A stretch of DNA of 64,000 bases from Clostridia bacterium. Lineage in GTDB: Bacteria > Bacillota > Clostridia > Christensenellales > DTU072. The notes below the pieces were generated by a model. The model ran no database searches. It saw only the letters and a program-made list of their open reading frames with translations, and was not told the DNA's origin. Both the position numbers and the translations under genes were made by a program. This document shows, one piece after another, positions 39,801-54,800 of this stretch; positions within the stretch are counted from its first letter, which is position 1; the number at the start of each line of letters is the position of its first letter. The stretch lies in the NCBI GenBank assembly GCA_017533505.1, contig JAFXIB010000109.1, positions 3,752 through 67,751 of the forward strand. Direction: 5' to 3'.

Positions 39801-42800
39801 GATAGTAACCGGTCTTGATGTTGCCATCATCATCAAATGTTGCGTCGATGTTTACAAGACCATCATGTTCGCCATCGATTACATTCTTTAGGGTTGAGTA
39901 ACCATATTGTGCGTAGTTGTAGTAGTTGTAACCAACAAGTCTATCGCCCTTTTGTAGCAAGCCTTGGTTGTTGATGAGATCCTTAACATCGGTATCAAGG
40001 TGGTCAAATCTTCCACCATTGAGTTCATGAGTTGGATCAATCAAAATCTTGGTGATGTCGTCATCAAGTCCAACCTCTTCGATTGTTGCAGCAGTACCTT
40101 CAACAACAGGCTCATATACACCTGTTTGCTCATTGTATTCACTATCAAGGAAGCCATATGCAGTGTCTGCTTCCCAAATTGTTGATGCAATGGCACTTTG
40201 TTGTAGTGGGCTTCCTGCCAAGCCTTGTTCTGCAATCATGCTGTATGCAGAGCTGAATGGCAACAAGTGTGATACCAATCTCAATGCTTGGTCGATGATA
40301 TCCATCAAGAAGTTGATTTCGTATAGTACCATTTGAACGATATTGAAGATACCATTCAAGTCGCCACCAAGAAGTGAGGATATGACGCCAGCAAGCAATG
40401 ATCCTACAAGACGGCCACCGGCTGTGTACAATGTGTTGGTGTACTCTGCTTGGTTTTCATATACATAGTCAAACATTCTGATATCAAGATCTTCGTTGTA
40501 CTCACCAATGAAGTTGAGCTTCTTGATATCCTTTTCTTCGGTGCCAGCTGGAACTGCACAAAGGTCAGCCATGTTGTAGCGTTGAGTCTTGGAGATTGGG
40601 CTATAACCAGAGTATCCAAGGAGTAGGTTATGTACCATATCGAAGACACCATTGATCATGTCAGAAGCAATCCAAACTTCAATGTAAGTGATGGAGTCGG
40701 AAGTATCTTCTCTACCCTCTTCAAATCCTGCAACATAGTTGGTCCATGGAACGAAGATAGGCTTGCCCATTGCATCAAGGTATTGTGATGTGGTGTCAAC
40801 ACCGGTTACGCTACCAAGTAGTGAGCCGAGTACATTACCTGCAAGACCGGATACGATAGAGCCACCAATGCCACCAATTGCATTGCTGATTGCGTTGGTG
40901 ATTGCGCTGGAAGCTTGACCTTTACCAATACTGATGAGCGCGTTGATGGTTTGGTCGCCAAGACTTGTTAGGTATGAGTATTGAGTTAGTGGGATGCCGT
41001 CTTGAGTGTAACCTGCGTCTTCAAGAGATTGATCGTTCTTGTCTACGCTGGATGCATCAGAGACATCGGCACCAAGACGAAGTCTTAATCCTTGTAGTAG
41101 AGCTGATGAACTCAAGTCTTTAGTCATCCACTCTGGAACAGGTTTAGGATCAAGGAAGATTTCGCCAAAGTTGTAGTAGTTTGCAGTTTCAGTCAAAGTG
41201 AAGCTACCAACATCGAAGTTTACATAGTCGGTTGCTCTTACCTTCAAGGTGTAATTTCTGTGGAGTGCAAGGTTGGGGATATCAAATGAACCGTTGCTTC
41301 TCAAGTTGTTAACATTCTTAACATTGATATCACTTTGACTGTTGTTGTTTTGAGCAGCTGCAAGGAAGTTTCTTGCATTGTTTGCCCAGTACCAGTCACC
41401 TTGCTCGGAACCAGTATTGTCAGGCTTCTTGTAGTGAACGGTATTTTGGTTGAGACCATTCCAATCGTCAGCCATTCTAATGGTTCTGCCATCAAGTTCA
41501 AGCCAGATTTCAACACCACTGAGAACAGGAGTTGTAACTGCCTTCTGCATTGCAACAACTACTCTGTATACAGGAGTGGTGATACCTTGCTCAAGTATCT
41601 TTTGTGAAATAAATCCGCGTACTTCAACAATAGCTCTCTTATCGTAGCTTACTGCATGATAGTACATATTGGGGATATTCTCGGTGATAGTGTAGTTTGC
41701 TTGAGTATCTGTCTTTAGAGTATTTTCAACAAGATTCTTGATACCAGTTGTTACTTTGTCTGCACTATCAAAGTCATATACATGGTAGAGAATGCCATTT
41801 TGTTCATATGATGAGTATACTCTGCCAGCTTGAGCTTCAAGAGCATCGTCAAATGTATCGTTGAAGATGCTGTCGATTTGGTTTGCCTTGCCGTCATCGT
41901 AAGTGTTGCCACCCTTTTGATCCTTTGCAAGCAATGTAAATACTTCAGTTGCTGTACCAGAGTCAAGCAAGGTTTCGTCCTTCAATGTGATGAGTATAGC
42001 ACTCATAGTACCACTTGTAGGCTCGTGATATACGGTGGTCTTGAAGTGCATTGTATATGGATTTTCGGCAGTCCTTGAGTTTGGAGTACCATCAGCATTA
42101 AGGTTAAGACCAAGAGTTTGGTTGATAACTTGACCATTTGTCTTTGTCAACCTAATAGTATGGTTGAATCCTTCAAGTGACTCAATAACAACTTGGATAG
42201 AACCACTATCTGGTGTTACACCAAGTTCTTGCCATGCACCATTTCTGTAAATTTCAACCTTTGCACCAACCATTGGACGAGTTGCAGTATTGTTCTCGAT
42301 GTATTCTTCTTCGGTGGTTACCTTGAAGTGTACATTCTTCCAAGTGGTTACGGAGTATGAGTTCAAAGTGAAGTTTGCTTCGGTGGAAGGTCTTTCGTTT
42401 GAACGAAGGATTGTTACATAAGGTTGAGTTTCGCCTCTTCTTGGTAGGTCATTATATCCAGTCTTTGTTATCTTGATTGGGTAAGTGTTAGGACGGATAT
42501 TGATGAATGAGTAGTAACCATCCTTATCGGTGGTGGTTGTATATCTACCATTATCAAGGGTTACAGTTGCACCTTCAACTGGTACATAAGCATTAGCATC
42601 AGCATCGAAGGTGTTAACATTACCATAGATTGAGCCATAGTTGGTGTCTTCTGCAACTGGCTTCAAGGATGCAACAAGGGTTGGTAGGAACTCTGGCAAA
42701 TAGAGGTTTACAAGAGCGATACCACCAGCACCACCACCAAGCAAGTCGTCGATGATTGCACCAAGGCGTAGTGGTGAGCCATAACCGGTTGCATCACCAA

Positions 42801-45800
42801 TCATATCGGCTATCCAGGTCGAGACATACGGTCCCGCAAGATCCCAGACCAGTCCAACTACCGTTCCTGCAATACCATTGATTGCACCAACGATGGTTTC
42901 CAGCAACCAGCCTGCGACCGTATTAATCAATCCACTGATATCCAGTACCAAGATGGATGCAAGACTCAAGTGCAATACATTGTTGCGTATGAATGCTGTG
43001 AGGGATTGTGGCTCCCAATCGTCTTCGTTGGAGAGTGAGCCTTGTACATTTGCTACTTGGGTAAGCTGGTTGATTGGAATTTCAACCTTGTTGGTTACAG
43101 TCTTGTTGAGTGCAAGTCTAATTCTTCTATAAGCATTGTCAAAGAAGATAGGTTCATATGCCTTGAGCAAGCCACCTACATCGATTGAGAAGCTACCAAT
43201 GTTGATAACCCAGTCAAATGCTCCGCCCTTTGATACGAATGCATGGTCGTATGGAGTCAAGCCATTTTCGTCAGCAAATGCTCTTACAACAGGGCTGAAG
43301 TAGGTAGGACCTGTGGTCAAGCTTACACCAAAGCCGATACCGAAGTCGAAGAATACACCCTTTGCCATACCATAGCCAAGGTTTCTCAAGAAGAAGTAAT
43401 CGTTACGCTTTTCAATATAAATTGTAAAGTCGCTCATTTGGATTACATCAAGGATACCTTGAGCAAGGGTTAGTACGCTGATGTTTGCAGCAAGGTTGCC
43501 AGCTGAATCCATACCAACGGTCAAGCCTTCGATACCACCATATTGACTTTCGTCGCCGATAGTTGTGAGCTTGTAGAGTTCGGCAGTCGAACCAAGTGCG
43601 ATTGCAAAGTTACCTTCGTGTACAGCAAGGTTGATGTAGTTGCCCTTTTGGTCAAGCTTTACACGGAGATTGAGGTTGTTTAGACCTTGATATAGGTTGA
43701 TTGATAGTCTAAGGTCTGTGAGGTTTGGTAGTACCATACTATCGCCAAGGAGAGTTTGTACTATTGCCATATTGGGGTTGATGATTAGTTCTTCGTTGGA
43801 GAGCAAAATCTTGAGGAGTGGTGCATCGGTTGATGTTACAAGGTCCATGATTCCGTTTTGAGCCTTGTCATTCAAGCTGATTGCGCCATCTTGAGCACTT
43901 GCAGTAGAGAGTGCGTTGTTTGCATTTACTGCTGCGTTTTCTTTGTCTTCAACGGTGAGAATGCCAGAGAGCATTTCGTTCAAGTTGATACCTTCGTCTC
44001 CAAGGAAGGAGCCAAGGAAGCTGTTGAGAATGCCAAGAACATCAACACCATTTAGTGCTGCTTGGAACAAGCCAAGTCCACTGAGGTTTACATAAGCTGT
44101 ATTGTTCTTACCAAGGAAGTATACACCAATGAGTTCTTCGCCGGTAAGGTTGATTGTGAGTGCCAATGTAGTGTTGGTCATATCTGCAAGGTCTGCAAAT
44201 ACTGTTAGACCAAGTGAGAATACCAATACTGTATTTTGAACATCAAAGTTGATGGTGTCAGCACTCATGCCAAGGAGATTTTGTAGTAGCTCTTGCATTG
44301 CAACAAGTTGTGGAGCTTTTTCGGTATCTCTGGTACGAACGCGTGCTTCAAGCTCAAGGTTGAGTGCAACCTTGCTGATTATGCCGATATCTTCGTATAC
44401 GATACCATCTTCTGCGCTACCTTCAACTTGCTCACGAGCAGTGATAGATGAGCCCTTGTTTTCATCGGTCCACATTTCGAACTTGCCTTGTCTACCATTG
44501 AAGCCGATACGGAATGCCTTTTCGTATGGGGTATCATCGGTCAAGCGCAAGCATAGTCCGTATACTCCGTCTTCGTTGGAGTAACCGACTTGAATATTGC
44601 GGAACATTGGGAGTAAGAGCTCTGCTCCACCCATAATACCTGCGATAGCATCATTCTTTGATGCGTTTGAAAGTAGTGAGTATACAAGAGCACCAGTAAT
44701 TGCAAGTGATGTTTCGTCTGCACCAAAGGTTAGGAGCAAGAGTCTTTCTGTCCAGCCATAATCCTTTAGGTATACTCTGTCGATATGTTGGTCTTCAATC
44801 TTATCAACGCTTTCAAGAGCATTGTCACCTTCTTGAGTTGCATTTTGAGCATTGAGAGCTGATGTATCAGATGCTGTGCTTGCATTGTCTCCACCAGCAA
44901 GACCACCAACAAGGTTCTTTAGTACTGCGCCAAGTTGGAGGCCTTCAAGTTTAACACTTGGGAAGCCAAGACCACTCAAATCAACATAAGCTGTGCTGTT
45001 TTCGTAAATACCATTTTCGTCTTGCTCGTAATTACCTACATAGGTGATAAGGATCATAGTCTTATCATTGTAGGTCATTTCGAGTTGCAATCTCAAAGGA
45101 GTGATGTCACCAAAGTCGATGAAGAGTCTTAAGTGTAGTCCTATTGCAATTGCAATGTCGTCAATGGGTTGTAGTGCAAGGTTGATTTGGCTAATCATGC
45201 TTGCGATGTCGCCACCAATCAAGCCACCTATTGTACCAAGAAGCTCACTCATATCAAAGAGTCCACCAACGGTGTCGTCAATGTTGATTTCAAGATTTAC
45301 TTCTGCTTCCATCTTATAATCGGAAAGTGGACGGAAGTTTTCTGCAAAGTATGCTTGGAAGTCATCTCTCATCATTCCATCAAGAGGAGTTTCTTCAAAG
45401 ATGTTGGTGTTTTCACCAAGACCGATGTCAAGGTTGTGGATGGACAACGAAACATTGTACATGCTCTTTGAGCTTGATACAACCATGAGTACCTTGTAGC
45501 ACTCTACCATACCTGTTCCAAGGTCAACAACTGGAGCAACCTTTAGTGATGCGTTGAGCATTGTACCATAGTGATATAGTGATATAACGCCATCTGCGTT
45601 TTCGCTCCATACATAGGTCTTGAGTTGCAAGAACTCGGAAATTGCATCTACTACCTTTTGAGCATTTGCCTTTGATGCTTGTAGATACTCATCACTACCA
45701 GGATTCAATGCAGGGTCGATTGCAAAGTAGATAGATGGGTCGTAGATGAAGTAGAATACATTACGGGTTCCGGAGTCTTCAAGAGCAAAGTCTTTGTCTT

Positions 45801-48800
45801 CGCTGATAACTTGTTGTCTTAAATAGGTGTTTTCTGCACGAAGTGCGATGTCGCCGTTATCGGTAGGAATGGTTGCGCCAATCAAGAAGCCAGCTTCGTA
45901 AGTTTCACGAATCTTTTCAAGAGCAGCTTGTTCGCTAACAACGCTAACGAGCTTTTCGCCAAGTGAAGAAATATTTATGCCTGCGATGTTGAGTGCAGGA
46001 GCATCAGCTGTGCCTACTACTACAGCAAGGAGAACATCCCCTTCTGATACCTTAATAGATACGCGTGTGTGTGCGCTATCATTAGTAAGTAGATATACGC
46101 CAGTAGCATCGTTGTATGCAACGCCATATCCACCACGGTTTGTCAAGCTATCTACAAGAGCATCCTTGACAGCATTTGCACGGTTGTTGATTTCTTCAGC
46201 TGTGTAATCAACATTCTTTTCAAGTGCAAAGATGTCTTCTGTGCTGTATACAAGATACTCAACATTTAGACCTGCGCCAACAGATGTGATGCCATATGCT
46301 TCGGAATCAAGTGCTGTGCCAAGATATCCGCGTGAAGCATATACGCTATATGAGTTTGCTTCAAAGGTAGCTTCAACACCATTCAAGAATGCTGCTACGC
46401 CACCCATTGTGTTCATAAGAACATCCACACTTTCGCTTGATGCGATTGTGGTGCTGATGTCGGCAATTTCTGTTTCAGATGCATCAATTGGTTCTTGATA
46501 GTCAAGACCTAAATTGAGTGACAAGGAGTTGCCAGTATTATCAAGAACAACTGCAAGGTTACCAATCTTTTCATCGAATGGGAAGCCAAATAGTTGGTCA
46601 AGTATGGTTTGGATTGCAGTTTGTGCTACTACGATAGAAATTGCACCCTTTGTGAATTGGATACTATCAAGTAGTCCAATGTACCACATGGTTTCTTCTT
46701 CTTTTTCTTCTTCCTCGTAGTCGTAGATGTTTTCGTCATCTTCTTCAGCTGCATTTTGTACACCATTTTGAGGTGCGTTTTCGCCTGCGTTTGCACCCGA
46801 ATTGTCGCCAGTAATATCTTCGTCAGCAAGCATACCATATAGGCTTTCAATCAAGTCGTCAAGGGTTTTAACGATGCCACTTGTTGCATTGCCAAGTGTA
46901 CCACCAAGACTATCAAGGACAGCCTTCAAGTTGAGGTTGAGGAATTGCTCAAATACGGCGCTGTTTAGGGTGATACCTGTTATGCCAAGTTCTTCAAATC
47001 CAGCCATGTTCAAGTATAGGCCAAGACCGTTTTCGTTGTAGTCGCTTTCGCTTTGGTTCAATGAGCCTACTACATAGAGAGCAAAGTACTCTTCAAGAAC
47101 ATCGCTTTCGCCTTCAGCATAAGTGCCGTCTTCTTTGAGTTTTACAAGTTGAATTACTGCGTCAATACCCCACTTATCAAGAGCTGTGAGCTTAACATCA
47201 GCCTTGATGCGTAGAGTTGCGTCGCCAATGATATCGTTGAGTGCTTGAATGTAGAATGCAGCACCAACTACATTACCATTTTCGTCAGCTTCGTTTTGGA
47301 ATAGTGAGCTCCAGTTCAAGATGTACTCACGAATGTCTGCGCCTACGGTAATATCAATACCAAGGTTTACTCTCCACTCAACATCAGATGTTGAGAAGCA
47401 TCCTTCATAGAACTTAACTTGTTCTTCGTCATTACGCATGAAGTCAAGGTACTCATTGAAGGAGTCGGTGTTGATGAGAGCAACGGAGTCGTGTAGCAAG
47501 CTTAATGTTGCTGCATAACCAGCACTCATATACTTGTTGCCATCTTCGGTTTCGATTTCTGTACTATTCTTTGTGATATTTATTTGTAGGCTTACACCAC
47601 CTGTACCTTCTTCGAAGAACAAGCCAAGTGAAGCGTGGTCAAGGACTAGGCTTGCGATACCATTGATGGTGTCTTCAGTTACTTCTACATCGCTGTTAGC
47701 AGAGCCAAGAAGTCCTGTCAAGATATCAACAAGAGCATCAGCAACACCTACCAACAATTCCTTGGTAATCATCAAACCGAAGCCTTCGGAGTTCAAGTAA
47801 ATGATAGGCTTCAAGAAGTTACCGATAGCATAGTCGCTTTCTTCATACATATCGATGATAGGATTGCGTGCTGGGCCATCTGGAACGGTGCTTGGTGCAT
47901 TTTGAACATTAGATTCATTGCCACCCGTTGAACCACCACCGATACCTTGGTCTTCATCTTCCATATCGAAGATGCCTGTCATAACATCACGGATAAGACC
48001 GGTAATATCGAACTCGTCGAGCTTGATGTCAAGGTTGGTGTCAAATAGTTCTACTCCAAGGTAAGCTACGTTGTCTACCATGTAAACTTGGAGTAGCTTT
48101 TGAGTATCGTAAATTTCCCCTGTTGTGTTATCGATAATGGTGTAACGGATAACAAGGTCGAGGATAAGTGCTGAATTAAATACTTCTGGGTCGGTGGAAA
48201 GCATTCTCTTAAGGTCAAGACCAGCCTTGAGGTTGATTTCCATGAATAGTGTTTCGTCACCACCAGCAAGAACGATAGAAGTATCAAGGTCTTCTGGTAG
48301 CTTGATGTTGAGCATACCAAATACCAAGTCGAGTAGGTCAACAAGTGATACATCACCATCTTCAAAGTCAAGTTGGATGCTTATGTTGGTACCGATTTGG
48401 AATGCCATTTCGTCATACTTGGTGTATGAACTGATTTCTTCTTGGCTGATAACAGGTTCCAATGTGGATTGAATACCATGTGGGGTATGAATCTTGGTTT
48501 CGTTCTTGATGTCAGCAGCAATTTGTTCTCCCAAAATTGCAATACCAAGCTTGATACCTGCATTGGAGTTATCTTCTTGCTTTTCTGGTACGATTTCGTA
48601 TTCGCCAGTTGCTTCGTTATATTCCCAAACATCACGGTAGTCCTTACCGGTATCAAGGTTGATGTCAACATGATACTCGCTGTTTGGTGTCATTCCCACG
48701 CCTGCACTTGGCTCAATTACGCCCTTCAAGTAGTCTTCAAGTGGTATATTGAGTCCTACCAAGCCAAGAACAACATTAATCATTTCAAATGTTACTGTTA

Positions 48801-51800
48801 GGAGTAAACCATCATCTTGTGATAGCAAAATCTTTACGATACCAACAAGTTGCTCTTCGTCACTTTCGTTGTTTAGACCAAGAACTTGTCCCCATGTTGG
48901 ATATGTCTTAGCAAAGAGTTGCTCGGTTTCTGGGGTAACAGCGTTTTGTGCGCCCTCATCTGGGTTGGTAACTTCGCCTTCTGGTGATTCTTCTTCAGTC
49001 TTACCACCATTAATCAAGAAGTTAATCATACCACCAAGCTCCCAGATTTCAATCTTGCCAAGACCTAATGTGGATAGGTCAAGATATAGGTCGCCGTTAT
49101 AATAGGTAATAACAATCTTAAATCTCTCTTGATCCTTGAGTGAATAGATTGCTACCTTGAGTTGGAGGTTGTCAAGTAGTCCTTGCAAGCCACCTTTGAT
49201 GAATACCTTTGCTTCAATATCGATACGGATAACATCACCAAAGCCATTTTCATCATCGTTCAAGAAACCAAGCATGATGAGGTTTGGTAGAGCTGTTGCA
49301 AGTGGGCTATCCTTGCTGAACAAGGTCTCAAATGCTGTGTTTGCAGCCATTTCTCCAAGAGGTCCATTTTCATCAAGAATGGTCTTATATAGGTTACCAA
49401 GGTCTACTACACCATCGTTAACCTTAAGTCTAATTTCAAAGCCTGCTTCTACTTCAATGGTGTTAACATTGTGAGCTGGCAAATAGTTTGCAGTTTGTGG
49501 GAGTAGTAGTTGGTCTGATGGATAACGCTCAAAGTTTACACGGTGATCACCGATAGCTATGCCAAGGTCAAGAACCTTTGCTGTATCGGAGATATCATCT
49601 ACGGTAGATGTTGCGCTGAGTTCCAAATCAATGCCAAGGTTGAAGGTGTTTGCCTTTGGAGCAATGGAGATTTGGAGTAGAACATCGCTGAATACCTTGA
49701 GATTTGCAAACTCAAACATACCAAGAATGCTGTTTACAGCAGTCTCGGTTACATATAGTGCCAAACCGTGTGTTGCTACACTACGGATTACCATTTGTGT
49801 TGCAAGGTCAATGTAGATTGGGGTTGATACGCCACTGCCAGTTGCATTTTGTACCCCACTTGCATTTTGTACGCCACCTTCTACTGTACCTTCGCCTTCA
49901 GTACCTTCGGTTTCTTCCTTCTTTTCGCCATCACCCATTAGGTCAAAGTCTTTTTCGCCAAGGAGAGTTTCCAAAACATCTGCTACGCTGAACTTTGGTC
50001 CGTTCAAGTAAGTAAGGTCTACATATAGGAATGAGTTGTGTAGGTTTACTTGAACAAGCTTATAGTTGTGGTTGCCGTCAATTCTTCTAATGGTAATTTG
50101 AGCTTCAACACCACGGTAGTTGAGAAGTGGGAAGTTTACAAGGATTTCAACTTCAACACTCATTTGATGCTCGCCTACAACTTCAAGGAGAAGTGAAAGT
50201 GTAGTATCAAGCATGCTTCCAAGAAGTGATGCAAGAAGTGATGTGATAGGTTCTTTGTTGAGGTCGTAACCAGAGTAAATCTTGTCGGTTAGTACGCCCT
50301 TGATACCATCGCCACTGAGAGCTTCGGAGCCAAGGTCAAGATATAGGTTGAGTTCCAAACCGATAACTGGGTCGGATTGGTCAAATTCTACATATTCTTG
50401 AGCAATATATTCTGTTACAACATTGCCCTCTTCGTCCAAAGTTTCGCCATCAAGATATGCGTATCTTGGTGCTTCAATATTGTGGTCAACATAGTGGCTT
50501 TCAATTCTGCCATCGCTATAATAGATGTCTTCCATCCATTGATAGCTGAGCGCAGCAACAAAGGTGTTGGAAATGCTTAAGCCTATACCAATCTTTCCAC
50601 CCTTCTTGTACTCGTGTACATTAGGATCGGTGGATAGGTCTACCCTTTCGTCACCACTGAACTCATAACCTTGGAATGTGATATCAAGTGCAAGCAAGGT
50701 TTCTGGGCCAGCCAAGCCAAGTTCAATTTCCAATTCGCCAATAGGCTCTACAAAACTTGAGAAGTCCATTGCTTCGCCACCGATAGCACGAAGAACACCA
50801 AATAGAGCTGTTGTGGTAAGGCTGATGATGAAGCCTTCTGGGCTGAATAGAATGTTGATGTATCCTGGGATGGCGGTTGCACCAGCAGGTAGATTAAACA
50901 ATGAATATGGGTCAAAGCCATTTACTGATTCATAACCAGCAAATCCAAGATTTTGAGCATTAACAGGCTTGCCACCATCGGGGTTCTTGTCGTTTGGAGT
51001 GTGTGGAACACCGAATGCAGGCAAGATTTCTTGTGTTAGGAAGTTCCAAGCATTGTCAATCTTAACAGCTTGTAGGTTGAAGCACTCTGCGTTGATGTAG
51101 ATAGCAGTATCAACATAGTAGACGGAAAGAACTTCTTTGAACTTTTCTTCGCCGTCATAATTTATAACCTTGTTTCTATCACGCAATGTGATTGCAAAGT
51201 TGGTCTTATATAGAGTGTTGAGCTCCAAGATTTCGTCAAAGTTGATGTTGCCGATGATTTCCAATCTGTAGTGAGTGCTTACAGTTGAAAGTAGTTGGAT
51301 GATTGGAGCAAGACCAAGTCCACCGATGGTATCCATGATGCCACCTGAACCAAGCATGCCAAGAGCACCAGCAACGGTTTCGTCAAGATTGAACTTGGCG
51401 TTGTTGTCACCATCGATATCAAAGTCCACATAAAGCTCTACATAAACTTCGGAAAGGTCGGTTGCTTCTGAATAAGCTTCGTCATCAAATGCAACGGGTG
51501 CAAGAGATGGGTTTTCTTCGGAGCTGTCCTTGAAGTCTACATCAAGACCCATTAGTGCAAAGCCTACCGTGTAGTTTGCAAGCTCTAATGTCAAGCCAAG
51601 GAGAGCATTTTCGTCTTCTGTAACAACGCCATTTTCATCGGGGTCGTTGGTCCAGAAGTCGTTCATATATGCAAGGTTTGCTATCAAGCCAAGTTGTAGT
51701 GCGAAGTGATCGTTTACGATAGCTGCAACAAGGCTACCAAGGTCGTCTACACCATCAATACCAAGGTCAAGACCACCCAAAATAGCAAAGAGTACAGAAC

Positions 51801-54800
51801 CCATTACATCAATGATGAATCCTGTGCCGTTACCAAATACAAGTCTTACATAAGGTAGGAGTTCTTCAGAATCAAACTTGCTGTCAATAGCATATTTAGC
51901 AAGATATTCTTCATCACTCATCTTTCCAGAAGCGCGCAACTCTGATGTGCTTGCGTTTTGAACAGAGGTGTCGCCTTCGTATATTTCGTCGTCGTCTTCT
52001 TCTTCCTTATCAAAGTAATCTTTAAGACCATCTTGACCGATTAGTCTGAAGATGTGGTCAAGGAACATTTCAACCTTGATTCTTTGTATGCCAAGCATAC
52101 GGCCATCAATGTATGCTGTACCGTCTGCATAATATAAGGATATATAGTCGATGATTGTTTCAGTATATGTTACTGTTTCGCCCTTGAGTGCGCTTTGCTC
52201 AACATCAATGTATTCGCGTTCGACCTCAACACCAATACGGAGCATAAGTTCTGCTCTAACAAGCAACCAGTTGATGTCACCAGTTGCAACAACCTTCATA
52301 AGGTCATGCATGTTAATATTGAGTGAAAGCTCAAGTAATAGCTCTTTGTCTTCTAAACCAGAGTTCTCAATGATAGCACCAAAATCTACTTCTGTGAAGA
52401 ATGCTTCAAGGAGTTCTTTGAAATCAATTGCAGTTTCGGGAGTGGTGTCCTCTGCTCTGAGCTTGGTCTTACCACTAAATGAAATGTTGATGTTTTGTTC
52501 AGCCATTTCTGCTGGGTTGAACCAGTAGTAATGGTTGTTAGGATTGAGAAGGCCTCCTTGCATGGTGCCGTATTCGTCAATAGTACCGGTGTAGTAAGTG
52601 TCGTCTGGGCTTACGGATACATTTATAGAACCGATTTCAAGTTGAACTTCAAGGAGTTCTGCAAGGCTAATGTTTGCAAGCAAGAATGCACTTCTATAGC
52701 CACTTTCTGCCTTTTCATCTGGAATCTTGGCTGCGCCAAGCTCGATGAGTAGGCTTGGCTCGTGAATTCCAAAGAATTTAGATAGGTCTATTGCACCATA
52801 TTTACTTATGTCTATTGGCAAACCTGTTTCCATGCTATGTAGCAAGCCATAGTAGAGATACTCATAGTTTGCTTGTGTAATTTCACCACTTGCAAGCATG
52901 TCATCAAGCTCTGCCTTACGAATAGCTGTTAGACCTTTCTTCAAATTGTTATATTGATCTTCTGCATATACGCCGTCAAGCGCACTTATTGATGTATATA
53001 GGGTTTCAACAGGAACCAAATTTGCATTCAATGTATTAAGTGCTTCTTGGCTGATGTTGGGGAAGAATTGTGCGTGCTTTTCGCCTATCATTTCCTTGTA
53101 TTGAGCAAGGAATGCTGTGAATAGTGCATGCATGTCTTCAATAGACATATCCATGCTTAAGCTGTCAATTAAATTTACCCATACTGTGTCGATAGCGTTG
53201 TAATCTTCAATTGAAAGATTTCCTTGGCCTTCGTTATATTGGGCACTCAAAGAGCTTCTGTAGGTTTCTATCAATCCTTGGATAGCATAATAGTACTCTT
53301 GGGCTGAATATACACCAGTATTTACATAGGTTGAAATCTTGCTTTCATCAATCTCGATTTGGAATTCTTGGTCTGTTGAAAGCAAACTATTGGCAAGTGA
53401 GTAAATTGCAGCAGCAGGTGCAACGATAGCAACAGGTGCTCCGTTAGGAATGCCAAATGTATCTGGATCTGCAGTAATTGCCAAAATGATGGATGTTGCT
53501 GTCATGATGGAAGGAGCTACCTTACCATCAGCATTTCTTGGGAGAACCAAGCCGTTGTTTGTGGAGTTGAGAGCAACAGGATCGATAGTTTCAGTCTTGT
53601 TGGTCATAACCTCGGCAAAGTTTTCCATATATTCGGTAAATGCGTTGAAGTTATTGATGCGAATAATGTCATTAATCTCAAGAACATCACCAAATACTTT
53701 TGTAAGGTCGGCGAATACATTGAGGTCTATTTCGCCTGTGACAGGATCTTCTACGCCCATCAAGCTTACCCACATGATGTCACCACGGTTTTCAAGCTTT
53801 GGTGATGTGGAGAAGAATACTGATGCCTTCAAGTTAGCAATGTTGGAAATATCAAGGATAACTTCAATATCGTAATAGAGTGAGCCACCAAATGTTGCTG
53901 TGCCGTTTGCAACATTGCCTACAACTTCTACGATAAGTGCAAAGTTGAGGAGTGCTTGGTAGTCAACATTTGTTCTGACTTCTTCGTGATAAATGGCCTT
54001 GAGTTCATCATCACTATAACCTGCATATTCGGGCTTCAACGATGTTTCTCTAATCCATTGCAACATCTCTTTTTCAGCGTTTTCGCCGAGAATTTTCTTA
54101 AGTTCTTCTAAAATGTGAGTAAGAACCGTCAAATTACCCGTTGCGCCCGTTTCTGGATCAACAACACCTTCAGGGGAAGTTATTTCAAATTTAGCAACGC
54201 CACCAAGGCTAACACCTATGGTATCAAGAGATTCGATTTCGTCGTATTTAGCCTTTTCCTCTTCATCAAGCTCAACCATCTTGTCCATGAGGATAACAAG
54301 CTTGTTGATAGATGCGCTAAGAGTTACGAAGTTCTTGTCGTTTGGAGTTGCAGTACCCTCTTCGTCTTCACCATCCATACCTATATCGCGTAGTTTGAGT
54401 GCAAGGAAGATTTCAAGTGGGCTTGCGTTGATTCCAACTTCAACACCAAGGTCAAGGCTCTTGAGATATTCTTCGATATTCAATCCAAGCATGTTGAGTA
54501 CGCCAACTACAAATGACTTTGCAATGGTTACACTCAAACCATAATCTGCAAGAGCAAGATTGATATAGTACTTGATTGTGTCAACTTCAACGGGGTTAAC
54601 TTCTGCGCCTTCGTTGTTAGCATAACCAATTTCAACGCCTTCATTTGATGCTATTGCACCAAGTAGACCAGCAATGAGCTCGTTTGCTTGTGGAATATGG
54701 ATATACTCAAGATTTGCAATAAATGTTTCAATGTGAGCATATACATCGCCTTCGATGTAGTAAATTTCCATTACTGGACGACGAGCGCGATTACCATTTT

